From: Planctomycetales bacterium
GTDB lineage: Bacteria > Omnitrophota > Gorgyraeia > Zapsychrales > Zapsychraceae
Direction: 5' to 3'
Assembly: GCA_005239675.1 (NCBI GenBank)
Contig: SBBO01000014.1
Coordinates: 1-53,054, forward strand
Length of the DNA: 53,054 bases
Below the pieces are notes generated by a model. The model was given only the letters and a program-made list of their open reading frames with translations. It was not told the origin of the DNA and searched no databases. The position numbers and the translations under genes are program-made. Shown piece by piece: positions 8,517 to 18,012 of the stretch; positions within the stretch are counted from its first letter, which is position 1; the number at the start of each line of letters is the position of its first letter.

Positions 8517-9056
8517 ATGTTTTCTTTTGAAAAAAGTATTTTGTTTGTTGTCGATGTCCAGGACAGATTAGCTGAGTTGGTACAAGAGCCGAAGTCTTTG
8601 TTGAAGAATATTAGCATTCTTGTTAAGGCCGCACAGTTGTTGGATATTCCCATTCTCTGGACCGAGCAACTCCCCGAGAAGCTGGGGGCAACCGTTGGAC
8701 CTATCCGCCAGCTGTTGGTAAAACAGAAGCCTATTGCCAAGAGCAGTTTCGGTTGCTGTGGCGAAAAACAGTTTATGGATGTCCTCACGGTATCCGAACG
8801 CCGGGAGGTGATTGTGAGCGGCATCGAGACCCATGTGTGTATCTATCAGACGGTTGGCGAATTATTGGAACGTCAGTACGCCGTTGCGGTCGTCGCTGAT
8901 GCTGTGTCCTCACGCACATCTTTGAACCAGCACATCGGCCTGGAACGAATCAAGGCCCTGGGCGGGATCATTACCTCGACCGAGATGATCCTCCTCGAGC
9001 TGCTAAAAACAGCTAAGCATAATCAATTTAGGGGCGTGTTGGAACTTATCAGATAG
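8517..9056 (+). CDS. isochorismatase-family (YcaC/ISOC-like) hydrolase
   Basis: VVDVQ, TEQLPEKLGAT, KSSFGC, GIETHVC. Confidence 0.9.
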   Translation: MFSFEKSILFVVDVQDRLAELVQEPKSLLKNISILVKAAQLLDIPILWTEQLPEKLGATVGPIRQLLVKQKPIAKSSFGCCGEKQFMDVLTVSERREVIVSGIETHVCIYQTVGELLERQYAVAVVADAVSSRTSLNQHIGLERIKALGGIITSTEMILLELLKTAKHNQFRGVLELIR

Positions 9057-9086
9057 TGCTATCCTTATTTAGCGAGAGGAAAAGTT

Positions 9087-11051
9087 ATGACTAAACAAGA
9101 AATCAGCCGGGCCCAACGCGAAACAGTCAATGTCCTTTTAGAGGAAAACCGTGTCTTTGTCCCCAGTGATGCCTTTCAACAGCAGGCTATTATTCATGAT
9201 GAATCCATTTATGCTGAGGCGGCTAAAGATCGCGAGGCCTTCTGGGGCAAATGGGCTGGCGAGCTGGATTGGTTCAAAAAATGGGACAAGGTCCTCGATT
9301 GGCAACTGCCATTCGCGCAATGGTTCGTTGGCGGGAAACTGAACGCCAGCTATAATTGCCTGGACCGTCACCTAAAAAAAGGTTTGGGCAATAAGACCGC
9401 CATTTTCTGGGAAGGGGAACCCGGGGAAACAAAGAGGCTGACCTACAATGATATTTACTGCGCGGTCAATAAATTGGCTAATGGCTTAAAGGGCCTGGGG
9501 GTCATTAAGGGAGATCGTGTGGCGATTTATATGCCGATGATTCCCGAGACGATTTTTGCGATGCTGGCCTGCGCGCGCATAGGGGCGGTGCATACCGTTG
9601 TATTCGGTGGTTTTAGTGCGGATTCACTCAAAGAACGGATCAAAGATGCCCAGGCCAAGTTTTTGATTACCGCTGATGGGGGATACCGGAAAGGGAAAGT
9701 GCTTGCCTTAAAAGAAACTGCTGACCAGGCGGTGGTCGAATGTCCAACGATAGAGCATGTCCTGGTCGTCCGGCGCACCGGTCAGGATGTCCTCATGCGT
9801 CAGGGACGCGATCTTTGGTATCACGAATTGGTGGACAAGGCGGCCGATTATTGCGAACCAGAACCGATGGATGCCGAGGACATGCTGTATATCCTGTATA
9901 CCTCGGGTACGACGGGAAAGCCTAAGGGCATTGTCCATACAACCGGTGGTTACCTCACCGGCGTTGCGGCAACGACCCGTTGGGTCTTTGATATTAAGCC
10001 CGAAGATATTTTCTGGTGCACCGCGGATGTTGGGTGGGTCACCGGCCACAGCTACATCGTCTATGGACCAATGGCCCATGCGGTAACCCAGGTGATGTAC
10101 GAAGGTTCGCCGGACTATCCACAGCGAGATCGCTTTTGGAAGATCGTTGAAAAATATAAGGTGACTATCTTCTATACGGCACCAACGGCGATTCGTACCT
10201 TCATGCGCTGGGGGACACAGTGGCCCCAGGGGTGCAATTTATCTTCCTTGCGGCTTTTAGGTAGTGTGGGTGAGCCTATTAATCCCGAGGCATGGGTGTG
10301 GTACCATCAGCATATAGGTCACGGACAATGTCCTATTGTTGATACGTGGTGGCAGACTGAGACAGGAAGTATCTTGATTTCGCCTATCCCGGGCGTGACG
10401 GTCCTGAAACCTGGTTCGGCAACCAAGCCTTTGCCCGGCATTGAGGCCGTTGTCTTGACGCAGGAAGGTAAGATCGTTGAGAAAGGGGGAGGCTACCTTG
10501 CGCTTAAGAGCCCGTGGCCGTCGATGCTGCGTGGCATTTACGGTGATAACGAGCGGTACAAAAAAACATATTGGAGTCGTTGGCCAGGCATGTATTTTCC
10601 CGGTGATGGTGCCAAGATAGACGCTGACGGCTACTTCTGGCTCCTGGGTCGTGTCGATGATATCATGCTCGTTGCTGGCCACAACATCAGCACCATGGAA
10701 GTTGAAAGCGCGCTTGTGGACCACCCCAGTGTTGCTGAATCGGCCGTGGTCGGCATTACCGATGAAATCAAAGGTCAGGCGATTGCCGCATTTGTGATTC
10801 TCAAGGAAGGTCATAAGCCCGACAGTCAAGCCGATGAGACCCTTAAGGGCCACGTGGCCAAAAAGATCGGGGCGATTGCCCGTCCACAGAAAATCATCTT
10901 TACGGCAGAGCTTCCCAAGACTAGGAGTGGCAAGATTATGCGGCGGTTGCTACGCGACATCGCGGAAGGTCGGGCCTTGGGTGATGTCACTACCCTAGCC
11001 GACACGCACGTCATCGAGGTGCTCAAAGAGAAGTATCAGGAGGAGGCGTGA
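9087..11051 (+). CDS. acs: acetyl-CoA synthetase (AMP-forming)
   Basis: [37 protein letters not shown] containing the acetylatable Lys. Confidence 0.97.
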   Translation: MTKQEISRAQRETVNVLLEENRVFVPSDAFQQQAIIHDESIYAEAAKDREAFWGKWAGELDWFKKWDKVLDWQLPFAQWFVGGKLNASYNCLDRHLKKGLGNKTAIFWEGEPGETKRLTYNDIYCAVNKLANGLKGLGVIKGDRVAIYMPMIPETIFAMLACARIGAVHTVVFGGFSADSLKERIKDAQAKFLITADGGYRKGKVLALKETADQAVVECPTIEHVLVVRRTGQDVLMRQGRDLWYHELVDKAADYCEPEPMDAEDMLYILYTSGTTGKPKGIVHTTGGYLTGVAATTRWVFDIKPEDIFWCTADVGWVTGHSYIVYGPMAHAVTQVMYEGSPDYPQRDRFWKIVEKYKVTIFYTAPTAIRTFMRWGTQWPQGCNLSSLRLLGSVGEPINPEAWVWYHQHIGHGQCPIVDTWWQTETGSILISPIPGVTVLKPGSATKPLPGIEAVVLTQEGKIVEKGGGYLALKSPWPSMLRGIYGDNERYKKTYWSRWPGMYFPGDGAKIDADGYFWLLGRVDDIMLVAGHNISTMEVESALVDHPSVAESAVVGITDEIKGQAIAAFVILKEGHKPDSQADETLKGHVAKKIGAIARPQKIIFTAELPKTRSGKIMRRLLRDIAEGRALGDVTTLADTHVIEVLKEKYQEEA

Positions 11052-11126
11052 GTGGTGTGTTCTCTATTAAGTATCTTGCCCTCGTATCTCATCAATTAGC
11101 CAATGAATACGAGATACGATTAACTA

Positions 11127-11858
11127 ATGAATCATTCGGTTTTAAAATGTGTTCAGTTAATCCAAGAGGCTAAAACGATTGCTGCGCTCACCGGCGCGGG
11201 GATTTCTACCAAGGCCGGTATTCCAGATTTTCGTGGCCCCCAAGGCCTCTACGTCACGTGTCGTTACGATCCCGACACCGTTTTTGATATCGGATATTTT
11301 TACAAAGACCCTAGTCTTTTTTATGAGTTTGCCCGTGACTTTTTTGTCCTCACCGAGAAAATTAAACCAACATTTACACACTATTTTTTAAGTGAGTTGG
11401 AAAAAAAGGGGAAGGTCTGCGGCATTGTGACCCAGAATATCGATTCCCTGCACCAGATGGCCTGTTCAGAAAATATTTACGAGATGCATGGCAGTTTTTG
11501 GAAAAGCCTTTGCCTGGAATGCCACCGGGAATATAGCTTTGAGCACATGAAAATAAAACTTTCTCAAGAGACAATCCCACGCTGTGCCTGCGGGGGCCTC
11601 TTGAAGCCCGATATTGTATTTTTTGGCGAGAACGTCAAATATCTGCATGAATCCGAACAACTCGCCTCCGGCGCCGATCTGTTTTTTGTTATCGGCACTT
11701 CGTGCGTTGTGTACCCGGCGGCGATGATCCCACAGTACGTGGAGGGTGCGATCATTGTCGTCAACCAGGGTCCGGTTGAACTTGCGCTGGACAACGTCGT
11801 ATTAACTGTTGCCGAAGATATTGATACCTTCTTTGAAAGAGTGGCCGCATGCCTTTAG
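11127..11858 (+). CDS. cobB: NAD-dependent protein deacylase (sirtuin)
   Basis: GAGIST..GIPDFRG, TQNID, HGS, CxxC...CxC zinc site, KPDIVFFGE, GTS. Confidence 0.93.
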   Translation: MNHSVLKCVQLIQEAKTIAALTGAGISTKAGIPDFRGPQGLYVTCRYDPDTVFDIGYFYKDPSLFYEFARDFFVLTEKIKPTFTHYFLSELEKKGKVCGIVTQNIDSLHQMACSENIYEMHGSFWKSLCLECHREYSFEHMKIKLSQETIPRCACGGLLKPDIVFFGENVKYLHESEQLASGADLFFVIGTSCVVYPAAMIPQYVEGAIIVVNQGPVELALDNVVLTVAEDIDTFFERVAACL

Positions 11859-11926
11859 GGGAAGAAGAATGCGCTTAAATATTGTTAACGCTGTGATATG
11901 TTATGTGTATAAGGAGGTGTATATCG

Positions 11927-12128
11927 ATGCGCATTTAGTCATCTTGGATGACAGTCTCGTTGGCTTAAGGCATTGGGGGTGCATACCAAAAAGGATCTGG
12001 TCACCATCGCCCTCAAAGAATTTGTTCGCCATCACAGTCGTCTAGATATTCGTCAACTGAAAGGCAAGATTGTATTTCATCAAGGCTATGATTATAAGGC
12101 CTTACGTAGGGATCGAATATGGTCTTGA
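11927..12128 (+). pseudogene. vapB: frameshifted VapB-family (DUF2191-like) antitoxin
   Basis: AAGGAGGT RBS, then three frames give MRI*, VILDDSLV and GVHTKKDLVTIALKEFVRHHSRLDIRQLKGKIVFHQGYDYKALR. Confidence 0.75.
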
Positions 12129-12190
12129 TAGATACCTCAGGCGTTATCAGTTTTTTAAACAACAGGGTGATATTAGGAAAGGAGTTATGA
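12119..12190 (+). pseudogene. vapC: truncated VapC (PIN domain) toxin N-terminus
   Basis: MVLIDTSGVISFLNN... (PIN-type hhhDTS start) overlaps the end of vapB and stops after 23 codons. Confidence 0.6.
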
Positions 12191-12717
12191 TGAAAAACGA
12201 ATTTGGTATTCTGGCACTATTGGTTTTATGGGTTGTCCTGGCGACTAAAAACGTTTCAGCGCAGGTTGGCCAGTTACAGATCACAAGTCCTGCCTTTGGG
12301 CATAATCAGATGATTCCTCAGAAGTATACCTGCCAGGGAGAGGACGTGAATCCGCCCTTGGCGATCACCGGGGTTCCTGAGGGAACTAAAAGTTTTACCC
12401 TCATTATAGATGACCCTGACGCGCCAGGCGGCAATTGGGATCATTGGCTTATTTACAATATTGCACCAGCCCCCATCATCGAGGAAGACAGCGTCCCTGG
12501 GACGCAGACGACCAATGATTTTGGCCGTGTTCATTACGGGGGCCCCTGCCCCCCCTCAGGGACCCATCGGTATTTCTTTAAACTCTACGCCTTGGATGCC
12601 GAGCTAAGCTTTTCGGGACTACCGTCCAAGCAGGAACTAGAAAAAGCCATGGAAGGGCATGTCTTGGCGAAAGCCGAGTTAATGGGTTTATATCAGAAGA
12701 CTAAAATTTCCTATTAA
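12187..12717 (+). CDS. YbhB/YbcL family (PEBP / Raf kinase inhibitor-like) protein, exported
   Basis: DDPDAP, HW, YGGPCPP, HRYFFKLYAL; signal peptide; AAAGGAG RBS before ATG 12187/12190. Confidence 0.92.
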   Translation: MMKNEFGILALLVLWVVLATKNVSAQVGQLQITSPAFGHNQMIPQKYTCQGEDVNPPLAITGVPEGTKSFTLIIDDPDAPGGNWDHWLIYNIAPAPIIEEDSVPGTQTTNDFGRVHYGGPCPPSGTHRYFFKLYALDAELSFSGLPSKQELEKAMEGHVLAKAELMGLYQKTKISY

Positions 12718-12741
12718 AAAATAACACCGTAAGAATTGTTG

Positions 12742-12750
12742 TGCTATAAT
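12742..12750 (+). promoter_or_regulatory. extended -10 promoter of the sdh operon
   Basis: TGCTATAAT ends 37 nt before the start codon. Confidence 0.5.
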
Positions 12751-12787
12751 CGCACCCACATAAATTTGAGGACTCATTTATATAGGT

Positions 12788-13627
12788 ATGGCGCAGGCAA
12801 CTTATTTGACACAATCTTTTTCTGGCGATAAAAAAACTACCCTCACCATGCGCACCGACCGCTGGTGGCTGGAACCGTTTCTAACGGGCGCTGGATTTCT
12901 TGCGTTTGTGATTTATACGACCTGGGCGATGTTTCAGGCTGAATATTATTGGGCTGGGTCGTATCTCTCGCCATTGTATTCACCGCTTTTGTTCGTTGAT
13001 CCTAGCGCCTCCGGTGCGCCGCCGGTTGCCCACGCGTGGTTTGGTTATTGGCCGAAGTGGTGGCCGAATTTTATCCCGTCTTCGCCCGCCATCCTGATCC
13101 TTGCGGGGCCCTTATCGTTTCGCCTGACCTGCTATTACTACCGCAAGTTCTATTACCGCGCATATTTTGCCACCCCTTCGGCCTGCGCCGTGTCCGCTCT
13201 AGCGCAAAAGGATTATAAAGGAGAGACACATCTTCTCTTATTTCAGAACCTGCACCGCTATACGCTCTATATTGCCATCTTTTATATTGTTATTCTTACC
13301 TATGATACGCTGGTATCTTGTTTTCGAGATGGAAGGCTGGGAGTGGGGGTGGGAACGCTCGTGATGGCTGTTAACGTGATTCTTCTTTCAGGCTACACTT
13401 TTGGTTGTCATGCCTTGCGTCATCTGGTCGGCGGCCGAATGGATTGTTTTTCCTGCGCTTCAGGACAAGAACATTGGGGCCATAAGACCTGGAAAAAGGT
13501 GACGTGGCTTAATGAACGGCACATGCCCTGGGCGTGGGTGAGTATGATTTGGGTGGGTTTTACAGATTTTTACATTCGCATGGTTTCGATGGGAATTTGG
13601 CAGGATTTTAATACTTGGGGGAATTAA
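12788..13627 (+). CDS. sdhC: succinate dehydrogenase membrane anchor, mycobacterial Sdh1 (Rv0249c-like) type
   Basis: Multiple TM helices; FRLTCYYYRK, QNLHRY, TFGCHALRH, NERHMPWAW; directly upstream of sdhAB. Confidence 0.85.
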   Translation: MAQATYLTQSFSGDKKTTLTMRTDRWWLEPFLTGAGFLAFVIYTTWAMFQAEYYWAGSYLSPLYSPLLFVDPSASGAPPVAHAWFGYWPKWWPNFIPSSPAILILAGPLSFRLTCYYYRKFYYRAYFATPSACAVSALAQKDYKGETHLLLFQNLHRYTLYIAIFYIVILTYDTLVSCFRDGRLGVGVGTLVMAVNVILLSGYTFGCHALRHLVGGRMDCFSCASGQEHWGHKTWKKVTWLNERHMPWAWVSMIWVGFTDFYIRMVSMGIWQDFNTWGN

Positions 13628-13645
13628 CATTTATTAGGAGTTGAA

Positions 13646-15487
13646 TTGAATATTCTTGAGATTCAGACAATTGAGCATGATGTCCTCGTCGTTGGCGCTG
13701 GCGGGGCGGGCATCCGCGCGGCTATTGAATGTGCCAGACTAGGGTTCAATACGGGGATCATCTCCAAGTCTTTGCTAGGTAAGGCCCATACCGTCATGGC
13801 TGAAGGGGGCGTTGCGGCCGCCCTGGGCAATGTCGATAGAAGGGATAGTTGGAAGATTCATTTTCGCGACACCATGCGCGGCGGAAAATTCCTCAATCAG
13901 TGGCGCATGGCAGAGCTGCATGCTAAGCAAGCGCCGGCTCGGGTGCGGGAATTGGAGGAATGGGGCGCGGTCTTTGACCGGACCAAGGACGGGTTGATCA
14001 GCCAGCGCAACTTTGGTGGCCACCGCTATCCACGGCTCGCCCATGTTGGTGATCGCACCGGCCTTGAGATTATTCGTACCTTGCAGGATTTCTGTATTCA
14101 CCAGGAGATCGCGATGCACATGGAATGTACCGGTCTTGATCTCTTAATTGATGGCGGACGTGTGGCGGGGCTCGTTGCCTACTGGCGTGAGACGGGACGG
14201 TTTGTGATTTTTAAGGCCAAGGCGGTTATTCTGGCAACCGGTGGCGGCGGTAAGGCGTGGCGCGTGACATCAAATTCTTGGGAATATACCGGGGACGGTC
14301 TAGGCATGGCGTACCGGGCCGGTGCGGAATTAATCGACATGGAATTTACTCAATTTCATCCAACGGGCATGGTTTGGCCGCCATCGGTGCGTGGGACCTT
14401 GGTCACCGAGGGTGTCCGCGGCGATGGCGGGATACTTTTTAATAATAAGAACGAGCGGTTCATGTTCAAATATATCCCTAAGAAATTTGCCTCCGAGACC
14501 GCGGACACCCAGGAAGAGGCTAACCGTTGGCTTGAAGGAAAAGAGGGTGCGCGCCGGCCGCCGGAATTACTGACGCGTGATGAAGTTGCACGGGCGATCA
14601 ATAGAGAAGTCAGTGAAGGTCGTGGCTCACCGCACGGGGGGGTATATCTGGATATTGCATCGGTCCGTTCACCGGAATTCATTAAAAAGAAACTTCCCTC
14701 AATGTATCATCAGTTCAAGGAATTAGCTGAGCTTGACATTACCCAACAGCCAATGGAGGTGGGACCCACGCTGCACTATTTTATGGGTGGCATCCGGGTT
14801 AATAGCGATACCCAAGAGACAACCGTGCGGGGTTTGTTTGCCTGCGGGGAATGCGCTGGTGGTATGCATGGGGCTAATCGTCTGGGTGGCAATTCGCTTT
14901 CTGATTTGCTTGTCTTTGGCAAACTCGCCGGCGAAGGGGCGTGTCAATATATTCAAAAGTTTCCTGGGGCGCTTAAGGTGGATGCCGGTCAGGTCAATAC
15001 GATCATCCGACGGGCGACTGATATCCTTAATCGTGAAAGCGGCGCCAATCCTTTTTTGATTCAAGAAGATCTGCAGGATGTGATGCAAAAAAATGTGGGG
15101 ATTATCCGCACCGCTGATGAACTTAAAAAGGCGCTGGAAGAGTTAAAGCGCCTAAATAAGGACGCTAGCCAGGTCAAGGCCCATGCGAGTCCACAATTTA
15201 ATCCGGGTTGGAACGCGGCGCTTGATTTAAATAATCTCTTGATTACCGCAGAGGCCGTGACCCACGCGGCCTTGATGCGCGAGGAGAGCCGTGGGGCGCA
15301 TACCCGTGATGATTTTCCTGACGAGCGCGAGGAGGGACTTCAATACAACGTCGTTGTCCGTAAGTCCTGGAATGGGGGCATGGAGGCCCAGAAGATCAAG
15401 CGCGATGAACCACCAGCGGAGCTATCTAAGATCGCGTACGCCAGCTTAGAAGAATTGGAGGGCAAGGGTGGCACAGCGAAGTTTTAA
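13646..15487 (+). CDS. sdhA: succinate dehydrogenase/fumarate reductase flavoprotein
   Basis: GAGGAG, KAHTVMAEGG (FAD-linked His), QFHPT, HYFMGG, HGANRLGGNSL, REESRGAH. Confidence 0.95.
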   Translation: MNILEIQTIEHDVLVVGAGGAGIRAAIECARLGFNTGIISKSLLGKAHTVMAEGGVAAALGNVDRRDSWKIHFRDTMRGGKFLNQWRMAELHAKQAPARVRELEEWGAVFDRTKDGLISQRNFGGHRYPRLAHVGDRTGLEIIRTLQDFCIHQEIAMHMECTGLDLLIDGGRVAGLVAYWRETGRFVIFKAKAVILATGGGGKAWRVTSNSWEYTGDGLGMAYRAGAELIDMEFTQFHPTGMVWPPSVRGTLVTEGVRGDGGILFNNKNERFMFKYIPKKFASETADTQEEANRWLEGKEGARRPPELLTRDEVARAINREVSEGRGSPHGGVYLDIASVRSPEFIKKKLPSMYHQFKELAELDITQQPMEVGPTLHYFMGGIRVNSDTQETTVRGLFACGECAGGMHGANRLGGNSLSDLLVFGKLAGEGACQYIQKFPGALKVDAGQVNTIIRRATDILNRESGANPFLIQEDLQDVMQKNVGIIRTADELKKALEELKRLNKDASQVKAHASPQFNPGWNAALDLNNLLITAEAVTHAALMREESRGAHTRDDFPDEREEGLQYNVVVRKSWNGGMEAQKIKRDEPPAELSKIAYASLEELEGKGGTAKF

Positions 15488-16208
15488 AATTTGGCGTGGG
15501 GATAAAAATAACGGTCAATTTGTCGCCTATGCCATTGAGTTGGAACCAGGCATGGTTGTCTTGGATGCCATTCACCGGATTCAATCGCGCCAGGTAACAG
15601 ATCTGGCCGTGCGCTGGAACTGCAAGGCGGGTAAATGCGGTTCATGCAGCGTTGAGATTAACGGTAAGCCGCGCCTGAGCTGCATGACGCGTTTGAATGA
15701 ATTCCCTGAAGGGCAGGTAATCACGGTCCAGCCGCTCAAGACATTCCCTATCATCAAGGATTTAGTGACTGATGTCTCCTGGAATTATGCCCAGAATAAG
15801 AGGATCGCACCTTTTAAGCCAAGAACAAAAGATGCCGATGGCAACTACCGCATGTACCAGCGCGACGTTGAGCGCGTCCAGGAATTCCGTAAATGCATTG
15901 AATGTTACCTGTGCCAGGATGTCTGCCATGTCCTGCGCGATCACGCGAAAAAAGAAGAGTTCGTTGGTCCACGATTCATGATTCGTCTGGCCTCGCTTGA
16001 GATGCACCCTCTGGACATCGAAGATCGCATCCCTAAAATCAAAAAAGAATATGGGGCAGGGATGTGCAACATCACTAAATGCTGCACGGACGTCTGTCCT
16101 GAACACATCCACATCACCGACAACGGCATTGTCCCTCTCAAGGAACGCGTGGTGGATCGTTACTACGATCCTATCCTGTGGCTTTGGCGTAAAATTTTTC
16201 GAGGATGA
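15468..16208 (+). CDS. sdhB: succinate dehydrogenase/fumarate reductase Fe-S subunit
   Basis: CKAGKCGSC...C, CIECYLCQDVC, CNITKCCTDVCP. Confidence 0.95.
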   Translation: MAQRSFKIWRGDKNNGQFVAYAIELEPGMVVLDAIHRIQSRQVTDLAVRWNCKAGKCGSCSVEINGKPRLSCMTRLNEFPEGQVITVQPLKTFPIIKDLVTDVSWNYAQNKRIAPFKPRTKDADGNYRMYQRDVERVQEFRKCIECYLCQDVCHVLRDHAKKEEFVGPRFMIRLASLEMHPLDIEDRIPKIKKEYGAGMCNITKCCTDVCPEHIHITDNGIVPLKERVVDRYYDPILWLWRKIFRG

Positions 16209-16277
16209 TAAATATTAATCGAGAATAAAAACAATTTACTAGTGCAAACGCAGTCTTATCAAACAATGAGGTGTTCG

Positions 16278-16463
16278 ATGGAAAAAGACCCCCTATGCAC
16301 GTCTAAAGAAGAATACAGGGCCATTATTGCCAAGATTGAGGCCCCTAACTCCAGTGTGGGCATCGATGCCCAATACACGCACGCGATTATTATCACTTAT
16401 CTGCAGGGAATCACCCGCCGTTTGGATGCCCTAGAAGAAAAATTTAAATCAATCAAAGGGTAA
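16278..16463 (+). CDS. small helical hypothetical protein (61 aa)
   Basis: GAGGTG RBS; SSVGIDAQYTHAIII followed by a coiled-coil-like C-terminus. Confidence 0.65.
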   Translation: MEKDPLCTSKEEYRAIIAKIEAPNSSVGIDAQYTHAIIITYLQGITRRLDALEEKFKSIKG

Positions 16464-16651
16464 CTTAAAAGAGGCTAGTTAGATTCCCGGACAAAGGTTG
16501 CCATAGAAAAAATTCTTGATTTTTCAGCTAATTATGAGATAGTGTATCATCTATCTGTCTTCGCAGAATGCACATGTTTATCAAAATAAATTATGGGATG
16601 CGTGGGGCACTCACCCATTAAACAAATCACCTAACCCCCTAAGGAGATACT

Positions 16652-17875
16652 ATGAAGAAAGGCATCTGGATTATCTGTTTAACTTTAGGCACATTTTATG
16701 CATTAGGTGCTGGTTTGTCTTACGCCACAATATTAGGAGAGATCAAGAATGGCCGCGCCGCGCTTGAGGAAAAAGGTATTAGCTTAAAACCCGTTTATAC
16801 CGTAGAATATTTTGCCGTAACCCAAGGTGGCTTACAAAGAGACGATACCTATCTTTCTAATTTGGATTTAATTCTAACAATCGATACAACGCCATTAGGA
16901 CTTTGGGATGACGGGACTTTCTTGGTTCACATCCTTGACAATGCGGGCGGGAAGAAGCTGACAGGGGCAATCGTCGGTGACACCCAAGGCGTTAGCAATA
17001 TTGAGGCCCCTCGCATCACGCGCGTCTATCAATTATGGTATGAACATCGATGGTTAGAAAAGAAATTATCGGTATTAGCCGGCATCCATGATTTTAATTC
17101 AGAATTTAATGTCACTGATTATGGTCTTTTGTTTATTAACAGTTCTTTTGGTATTGGGCATGAGATTTCTAAGGGAAGCCGATCTTCAATTTTTCCCCTA
17201 GCCGCACCAGCCCTCAGGGTCAAAATTTTACCCACGGACGAATGGCAAGTGCTATTTGCTGCTTATGACGGTGACCCCGGAGATCCCAATGTCGGCAGGC
17301 ATTTTCCTCGTAGCGATTTTGACCACGAGGGAGGAGTCTTTCTTGTCTGCGAGCAGGGTTATTTCTTTGATCCAGAGGGGTTGCCGGGATTTTTCAAGTT
17401 AGGGGTATGGCATAACACGGGTCAATTTAATGATGTTGTTCGTCAGGATGAGGGCGGTCAAGCGATTAAGCATGATGGTGATACGGGCGGTTACCTTGTC
17501 GTGGACAAAATGCTTTATCGAGAAAAAGAAGATGAAGGCCTGGGCTTTTTTCTGCAGTTTGGTAGTAATAGTAAAGATGTCAATGAAGTCAATACGTATG
17601 TGGGCGCAGGCATCCATTATCGTGGGCTTATTCCTGGGCGCGATCAGGATGAAGCGGGCATTGCGGTTGCTCATGCCATCGTCAATGAGGACCTTGTTAA
17701 TGCCAGTTCCGGCGGGCGAGACGATTTTGAAACGGCGATTGAAGCGACTTATAAGGCGCAGATTACCGATGAGATCAACATCCAGCCGGATATCCAATAT
17801 GTGGTTAATCCCGGGGCCGCGACCAACGTGGAAGATGCTTGGGTGTTTGGCATGCGTTTTAAAATGGCGTTATGA
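16652..17875 (+). CDS. OprB-family carbohydrate-selective porin
   Basis: Signal peptide, QGVSNIEA, FINSSFG, GLIPGRDQD, IQPDIQYVVNP; amphipathic C-terminal strand. Confidence 0.9.
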   Translation: MKKGIWIICLTLGTFYALGAGLSYATILGEIKNGRAALEEKGISLKPVYTVEYFAVTQGGLQRDDTYLSNLDLILTIDTTPLGLWDDGTFLVHILDNAGGKKLTGAIVGDTQGVSNIEAPRITRVYQLWYEHRWLEKKLSVLAGIHDFNSEFNVTDYGLLFINSSFGIGHEISKGSRSSIFPLAAPALRVKILPTDEWQVLFAAYDGDPGDPNVGRHFPRSDFDHEGGVFLVCEQGYFFDPEGLPGFFKLGVWHNTGQFNDVVRQDEGGQAIKHDGDTGGYLVVDKMLYREKEDEGLGFFLQFGSNSKDVNEVNTYVGAGIHYRGLIPGRDQDEAGIAVAHAIVNEDLVNASSGGRDDFETAIEATYKAQITDEINIQPDIQYVVNPGAATNVEDAWVFGMRFKMAL

Positions 17876-18012
17876 TAGTCTGCATTGAGATATAACTAAA
17901 GCCCTTCAGCTCTTTTCGGGTCAAGATGTTAGACCTGACAGATGTTTTCTTTACACCGCTATAACCCTATGCTATATTTCAATCTTATCACGCCCTAGAT
18001 TCGGTATTTTTC

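Noticed and set aside
10257-10853. 198-aa antisense ORF, representative of the many minus-strand and alternate-frame ORFs in the track
   Set aside because: Fully embedded in a well-supported gene (acs); a shadow ORF with no motifs.
11809-12186. ORF 11809-12045 and the N-terminal extension of 12070-12717
   Set aside because: Better explained by the decayed vapBC locus; the YbhB gene has its own RBS and signal peptide from 12187/12190.
16560-16640. Possible riboswitch in the porin leader (weak TGGG...CCCA stem)
   Set aside because: No conserved aptamer motif recognised and no terminator; an Rfam scan would be needed.
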